From an uncultured Acidimicrobiales bacterium (GTDB lineage: Bacteria > Actinomycetota > Acidimicrobiia > Acidimicrobiales > DATKAS01): 64,000 nucleotides of DNA. Where the stretch lies: NCBI GenBank assembly GCA_963739555.1, contig CAVUAV010000011.1:92558-156557 (forward strand), written 5' to 3'. This document shows positions 58,537 to 64,000 of this stretch, piece after piece. The notes beneath the pieces were generated by a model that was given only the letters and a program-made list of their open reading frames with translations, searched no databases and was not told where the DNA came from. The translations under genes and the position numbers were made by a program. Each line of letters starts with the position of its first letter. Position 1 is the first letter of the stretch.

Positions 58537-59301
58537 TCAGACGAGCGCAGACGCGTACAGCGCCTCGAGCGCCTGCCAATGTCGCTCGGCCGCGTCGACG
58601 TCGAAGGTCGGGTTGTCGGGAACGGCGAAGCCGTGCGCAGCCGGATACGTGACGAGCGTGTGCGTCACTCCCGCGGCAGTGAGTGCGTCCGACATCAGAG
58701 CGAACGCGTCGTCGTCGAACGACGCGTCATCCTTCGCGCCGCCGATGTAGATCGTCGCTTGCATCGCATCCGCCAGCAGGTGGGGGCTGTCGGGCGCGGT
58801 GGTCGCGATGTAGCCACCGTGGAACGAAGCCGCCGCGCCGACTCGCTCGGGGAAGCGGCCGGCGGCGTTGAGTGCGAGCCCGCCGCCGAGGCAGTAGCCC
58901 GTCGTCCCCACCTTCGTGTCGGCGACCTCGGGCTGATCCGCGAGGAACTGCAACATGGCACCGGTGTCGCGCGTGGCGACCTCTTTCGTGACGCTGCCGG
59001 CGAGGCTCATCAGCCGAGCGCGCTCCTCGGGCACCGTGAAGACCGTGGCGAGATCGAAGGGCTCGTATCCACCCGACCGGTAGTAGATGTTGGGAAGCAG
59101 CACTGCGTAGCCGAGGTCGGCGAGCCGCTGTGCCATCTGGTGGAAGGTGCCGCGCACACCGCCGGCGTCGGGGAACATGATCACCGCGGGCCAAGGCCCC
59201 GATCCGTCGGGGGTGTGGAGCGTCGCGTCGCACGTTCCGTCGGGCGTCGAGATCATCACGTCACGCTGGGGCACGACTTCCTCCTGCGGCTCGAGAGTCA
59301 A
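58537..59301 (-). CDS. Dienelactone hydrolase family protein
   Basis: PDAGGVR, GYCLGG, ASFHGG and AAHGFAVPD. Confidence 0.92.
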   Translation of the reverse strand: MTLEPQEEVVPQRDVMISTPDGTCDATLHTPDGSGPWPAVIMFPDAGGVRGTFHQMAQRLADLGYAVLLPNIYYRSGGYEPFDLATVFTVPEERARLMSLAGSVTKEVATRDTGAMLQFLADQPEVADTKVGTTGYCLGGGLALNAAGRFPERVGAAASFHGGYIATTAPDSPHLLADAMQATIYIGGAKDDASFDDDAFALMSDALTAAGVTHTLVTYPAAHGFAVPDNPTFDVDAAERHWQALEALYASALV

Positions 59302-59371
59302 CCCATCATGTCGCAGTCATCGGAGGTGGCTCACCGCCAATCGTTCCGGGTACCACCGCGCACGAGTGGAA

Positions 59372-60640
59372 ATGACAATGGCCGCCGTCGGGTCCGTCCT
59401 CGCGGGGCGCTACCGCCTCGAAGAGCTCCTCGCGCGTGGCGGCATGGGCTCGGTGTTCGCCGCATACGACGAGGTGTTGCATCGGCGAGTCGCGGTCAAG
59501 GTTCATCGCAGCGGATCGTCGCTGGACCGACGTCGCTTTGAGCGGGAAGCGAAGGTGTTGGCGGGGCTCTCCCACACGAACCTCGTGTCGGTGTTCGACG
59601 CCGGCGAGGAGGGCGACGACCTCTACGTCGTCCTCGAGCTGATCGAGGGGCCGACGCTCGCAACTCGGATCCGCGGGGGTCCGCTCCCGCTCGATGAGGT
59701 CCGAGACATGGGCCGGCAGGTCGCGGCCGCGCTCGCCTACGTCCATGCCCAACGGGTTGTCCATCGTGACGTGAAGCCCTCGAACGTGATGTTCGATGAA
59801 CACGGTCAGGCTCGCCTGGGCGACTTCGGCATCGCCCAATTCGCGGATGCCACGACCCTGACCGCCACCTCGACCACCATCGGGACCGCCGCCTACATGG
59901 CGCCTGAGCAACTCGACGGGAGCCAGGTCACCACGAAGGCCGATGTCTATGCCCTTGGACTCGTGCTCCTCGAGTCCCTCACCGGCAATCGTGCGTTCCC
60001 TGGCCCTCCCCATGAGGCAGCCCTCGCCCGTCTCGCACGCGACCCCGACGTTCGAGGAGACCTTCCGGCGTGGTGGCAGGCGCTGCTACGGGAGATGACG
60101 GCTCGGGATCCTGCGGACCGACCCGACGCGGCCGACGTCGAGGCCGCCCTGAGCGAACGCACCGACGACGCCTCCGCGCCGGTGTTCCTCACCGCGATCG
60201 AACCAATGGCGCTTGCTCCCACGGAGACGCTGGGGATCGCCGCCACCGAGCTGTTGCCGACCGAAGCAGCTTCGACGCGACTGGCAACGGCTCGCCGGCG
60301 CACCGCGGCGCGGAGCCGTGTGGTGCTCTGGGCTCTAGTGGGCGTCGCATTGCTCGTAGGCGCCGCCACGGTGATGGCGGGTGCCGACGACGGTCGTTCG
60401 CCGTTGTTGGCGCCGACCACCACTCTCCCGTCCACGACCATCGCCTCGACGACGGTTGCGCCAGCGGCGACCCCCCCTCCGCCACCCGTAGTGGATTGCG
60501 CCGCGCTCCAAGCCGAGAAGGCCGGCCTCGATGCCCAGAAGAACAAGAAGCACGGCCACGAGGCGCGACAGCAGTCGGGCGACGTCGAGGCGCGGCAGCA
60601 CGAGATCGACGCCCAGCTCGCAGCAGCGCACTGCCCCTAA
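59372..60640 (+). CDS. Membrane Ser/Thr protein kinase (Hanks type)
   Basis: RGGMGSV, VAVK, HRDVKPSN, DFG, YMAPE and DVYALG; then a TM segment and Thr/Pro-rich tail. Confidence 0.92.
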   Translation: MTMAAVGSVLAGRYRLEELLARGGMGSVFAAYDEVLHRRVAVKVHRSGSSLDRRRFEREAKVLAGLSHTNLVSVFDAGEEGDDLYVVLELIEGPTLATRIRGGPLPLDEVRDMGRQVAAALAYVHAQRVVHRDVKPSNVMFDEHGQARLGDFGIAQFADATTLTATSTTIGTAAYMAPEQLDGSQVTTKADVYALGLVLLESLTGNRAFPGPPHEAALARLARDPDVRGDLPAWWQALLREMTARDPADRPDAADVEAALSERTDDASAPVFLTAIEPMALAPTETLGIAATELLPTEAASTRLATARRRTAARSRVVLWALVGVALLVGAATVMAGADDGRSPLLAPTTTLPSTTIASTTVAPAATPPPPPVVDCAALQAEKAGLDAQKNKKHGHEARQQSGDVEARQHEIDAQLAAAHCP

Positions 60641-62115
60641 GACGCGGTGGCCGCGCCGAACCAGGTCTCGAGTGCTCGACGTAGATCGGGGTCGGCGAGG
60701 TCGCCCGCCCAGGCGACATGTCCGTCAGGGTCGAATCAACACGGCAGGGGGCGGGGCGACCTCGCCAACGAGCGGGAGCACCCAGACGCCGTCGTACTCG
60801 GCGTCGACCAACCTCACTCGATTGGCCCAAGGGGAGATGTCGAACCCGCCGCGCGCACCGAGGTCGAGGAGCATGCGGCCGAGCGTCGTGCAGCAGCGTG
60901 CACACGCGCGTGGGTCCGTCCGCGGTGTGCAGGTCGAGATCGGGCATGCGCCGCCCGAGCAGCGGATGTCCCTCCCCGAGGTCGTAGTGGATGTCGAGAC
61001 CGGAGATCATCGCGGCGATGCGATGGCGTGGCTCGTCCATGCTCAGCAACTCGAGCACGGTGTCGCGGAGAGCCCTGCTGCGCTCATCGATGCGGCTGAG
61101 CGCGACCTGCGCCATGGTGTTGCGCAGCACCCGGGCACCGACGGGATGCCGTTCGGCGTGATAGCTGTCGAGGAGGCTCTCGGGTGATGTCTTCTTGATC
61201 ACCTGGGCCAGCTTCCATCCCAGGTTCACCGCGTCCTGCACGCCGACGTTGAGGCCTTGTCCACCTGAAGGGCTGTGCACGTCCGCGGCGTCGCCTGCGA
61301 GCAGCACGCGGCCCGCGCGGTACGACTCTGCCTGGCGCGTCATGTCGGTGAAGCGCGAGATCCACGTGGGGCTGTGCACCCCGTAGTCGGTGCCGTAGGC
61401 GACGACGAGCGCCTCGCTGAGGTCTTCGAGGGTGGGATCGCTGTCGTGTTCGACCTCCTTCTCGACGAGCACGACGCGATACGGCCCTCCGCCCTGCTCG
61501 CGGTCGACCGGACCGATGCCACCACCCTCGGGGCGGATGCCGATCTCCGGCTCCTCTTCCATCTCGACTTCCGCGATCATCCAGCTCGTCGTCGGGTCCC
61601 ATCCGACGAAGTCGATGCCGGCCGCCTTGCGGATCACGCTGCGTCCTCCGTCGCACCCGACGAGGTACTCGGCTCGGAGCGTCGAGTCGACGGACAGCTC
61701 GACATCACACGCCGTCGTCGTCTTGCGTGAAGCCCAGCACCTCGCGGCCGCGGATGATCGGGACCCCGAGCTCGTCGACCCAGCCGGCCAGGATGCGCTC
61801 GATGTCGCTCTGCCAGAGCGCGAGGAGGTAGTTGTGGCGGGTGGGGAAGTCGCTGATGTCCAGGAACGTCCCGGCGTACCCCACGAACGGATGCGTCTGG
61901 CCCTCTGAGAGGAACCGTTCCGCGATGCCGCGCTGATCGAGCACCTCGATGGTGCGGGAGTGGAGCCCCCCGGCCCGCGACCCGTCGAGCTCCTGCGTCT
62001 CGCGTCGTTCGACGATGACGACGTCGATCGCCGCCAACGCCAGCTCGCCCGCCAACATCAGCCCGGTCGGGCCACCTCCTGCGATCACCACCGCATGCGC
62101 GGGCATCGCAGTCAC
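60637..62115 (-). CDS. FAD-dependent aromatic monooxygenase, Rox/PheA-related (several frameshifts)
   Basis: GGGPTG, SRAGGLHSRT, VGCDGGRS, RVLLAGDAA, GGQGLNVGVQDA and HPLLGRRMPD; ends ...LETWFGAATAS*. Confidence 0.87.
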
Positions 62116-62121
62116 GCCGCG

Positions 62122-63624
62122 TCAGAGCCCGCGTTGCGCGGTGATGCGGCCGTCCTTCTCGGCTCGGACGAGCGCGTCGTAGTCGCGTTCGTTCTGGTCC
62201 GCGTATGCCTCCGCGAAGTCGGCGAGCGCCTGGTCGAAGACGTCCTTTGCGCCGAGGTAGGAGGCGATCGCGACTCGGTCTCCGGAGCGTGCGTGCGCGC
62301 GGGCCAGCGTCGTGCCGCAGATGCGGCCGTAGTACGCCATCGTGCCCGGGACCATCGCCTCGATGACGGCGGAGCCCTTCCAGTCTCGGAGCTGACGGAC
62401 GTAGAAGTCGCGGGACACCCCGTCGATGCCTTCGACGGTGAGCCAGCCCAAGAAGATGTCGGCCGCTGCTGCCATCAGGTGCTGACCGTGGACGACGCGT
62501 TCGCCGTTCGAGCTGTGGCGGCTGGGTCCGACGAACTCCTCGAGCACGGAGGGCTGGGCCTCTTTGGCCTGAAGGAACAACGGATCGTTCTCGTCGCGAC
62601 CGAACATCAGCAAGATCCAGGCCCTGGTACCGACGCTCCCCACGCCGACCACCTTGAGAGCGGCGTGGACCAGCTGGAAGTCCTCGAGAAGGTGGCGACG
62701 GTCAGACTGGAGGGTGCCGCGGTAGCGACGGACCAGGGCTCGAAGCCAGTCCATGATCTGGTCTCGTTCGAGTCCCGCCAAAGAGCTCTTCGACGGGCTG
62801 GATGAGGGGCGGGTCGCTGATGATGCGTCGATCGCCGTCGACGACGACTGTCAGCTTGTCGAGCGCCTGCATGCTGTCGCGGGTGCGCGCCTTGGCCACG
62901 GCCGCCTCGCTTCGCTTCTGGGCACGCCGGTCGATCTGGTCCTTCATCTGCGCGAGCAAGGTCGCGGCGTCGAGGCGTGTGTACCAGACATCCAGATTGG
63001 TCATCTCGGCGAACTGACGCATCGCCGACCGGTAGGCGCCGGCAACGCTCAACACCACGCCCCTCCGGTCCTTCACCGAGTAGCCGTTGTCGCGCCCCGC
63101 GATCGCAAAGCTCGCCACGAGCCGCTTCACGTCCCATTCCCACGGGCCGGGGAGCGTTTCGTCGAAGTCGTTCATGTCGAACACCAGCCGACGATCCGGC
63201 GCGCCGAACACACCGAAGTTCATGAGGTGCGCATCGCCGCACAGCTGCGTCGTGAGCCCTGAGCGAGGCGTGTCGCCAAGTCGCTCGCCATGATCAACGC
63301 AGCGCCCCGATAGAAGGTGAACGGCGAGACCAGCATCCGTCCGTAGCGGAGCGGCACCAGCTCCGGCACTCGCGTCTCTGCCTGGTGCTCGAGCAGGGCC
63401 ACTGGGTCGGGGCGAGCCACGCCAGGCGCGAAGCCAGCGTGGCTCGAACGCGGCACCTCGGCCCGCGCCGCCTTGCCCCGAGCCACCCGCTCCGCCACGG
63501 TCAGGTGAGGGACCACCTTGCCGTGCTCGTATCGCAGACCCGCCGGAATGGGGCGGGACTCGTCCGGCCAAGCCTCTGCTTCAACGCTGTCCATGCGCGA
63601 GCCCTCCTCGAGATGTCGGCTCAT
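62122..63624 (-). CDS. DUF2252 family protein (frameshifts near 63280 and 62780)
   Basis: RYGRMLVSPFTFYRGAA, CGDAHLMNFG, NDFDE, WEWDVKRL, KVVGVGSVG and LARAHARSGD. Confidence 0.88.
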
Positions 63625-63696
63625 CGACAGTGAATCACCGGCTGGCCAACGGCGCCCGCTCGGCCCCCTCCCCGGCGCGTTACGGTGCGCGGCCAG

Positions 63697-64000
63697 ATGG
63701 CTCTCGATCCGGCCCCGCTCCCGAAACCGACGACGTCACGTCGGATCGCGGCGATCGCGTCTTGGATCACGATCGTCGGCGCGGGCGTCGTGCTCGTGCT
63801 GCTGCTCCTCAGCGACCCATGGACGATGGTGGGTGCGGCCGCTGCGCTCGCGATAGCCGTGGCGGCGGCGTGGAACGCCATCACTCGTCGGAGGGCAGCG
63901 CGGCTCGTCAGCGCTGCACTCGCGGTCGTTGCCGTCGTGGGGTGCATCGTCGTGCTTCTCGCCGCCCACGATGTCTTGGCGTTGTGCGTCAGCCTCGGCT
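63697..64000 (+). CDS. Membrane protein N-terminus (possibly diacylglycerol-kinase-family), runs off the window edge
   Basis: Hand translation MALDPAPLPKPTTSRRIAAIASWITIVGAGVVLVLLLLSDPW..., with three or more TM helices and no stop before the edge. Confidence 0.55.
   Translation, partial: MALDPAPLPKPTTSRRIAAIASWITIVGAGVVLVLLLLSDPWTMVGAAAALAIAVAAAWNAITRRRAARLVSAALAVVAVVGCIVVLLAAHDVLALCVSLG

Noticed and set aside
34362-62115. Rifamycin-resistance set (Rph-like, HelR-like, Rox-like genes)
   Set aside because: The genes are dispersed and only distantly similar, the Rph-like protein lacks the ATP-grasp domain, and I saw no RAE-type inverted repeat upstream of any of them.
1-64000. Many long antisense or alternate-frame ORFs (e.g. 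3300..5075, 11723..13378, 34506..36185, 40410..41906)
   Set aside because: Shadow ORFs expected at high GC: Arg/Ala/Pro-rich, without motifs, and overlapping well-supported genes.
1-64000. CRISPR arrays, tRNA/rRNA, IS elements, prophage genes
   Set aside because: No regularly spaced repeats, RNA-gene signatures, transposase, integrase or phage motifs were seen by eye. A small ncRNA could have been missed.

Overview
High-GC actinobacterial chromosomal segment, most like Acidimicrobiia (inferred from gene families and codon style). It is densely coding, with about 70 genes, mostly catabolic and redox enzymes, stress-response genes and regulators. I saw no rRNA, tRNA, CRISPR array, integrase or transposase. 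About 20 genes are split by small frameshifts while keeping intact motifs, which points to uncorrected long-read indels rather than true decay; the features below are reconstructed across those shifts. Main points of interest: (1) an alkylation-repair module (alkB <- -> ECF sigma, ogt, 2OG-Fe(II) oxygenase) with two mirror-image ECF-type promoters (CTCACG-N16-CGTCT), suggesting an Ada-independent, sigma-driven response; (2) a STAND-like ATPase/helical-repeat/adenylyl-cyclase protein with a degenerate Walker A, followed by two orphan genes; (3) a two-component-linked decaprenylphosphoryl-arabinose-type module (esterase, PAP2-phosphodiester glycosidase fusion, ubiA, dprE1, dprE2); (4) a HelD-like ATPase with a C4 zinc-ribbon insertion; (5) a small family of REP-like palindromes; (6) several abruptly truncated gene stubs. 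All family assignments come from motif recognition by eye, not from database searches.
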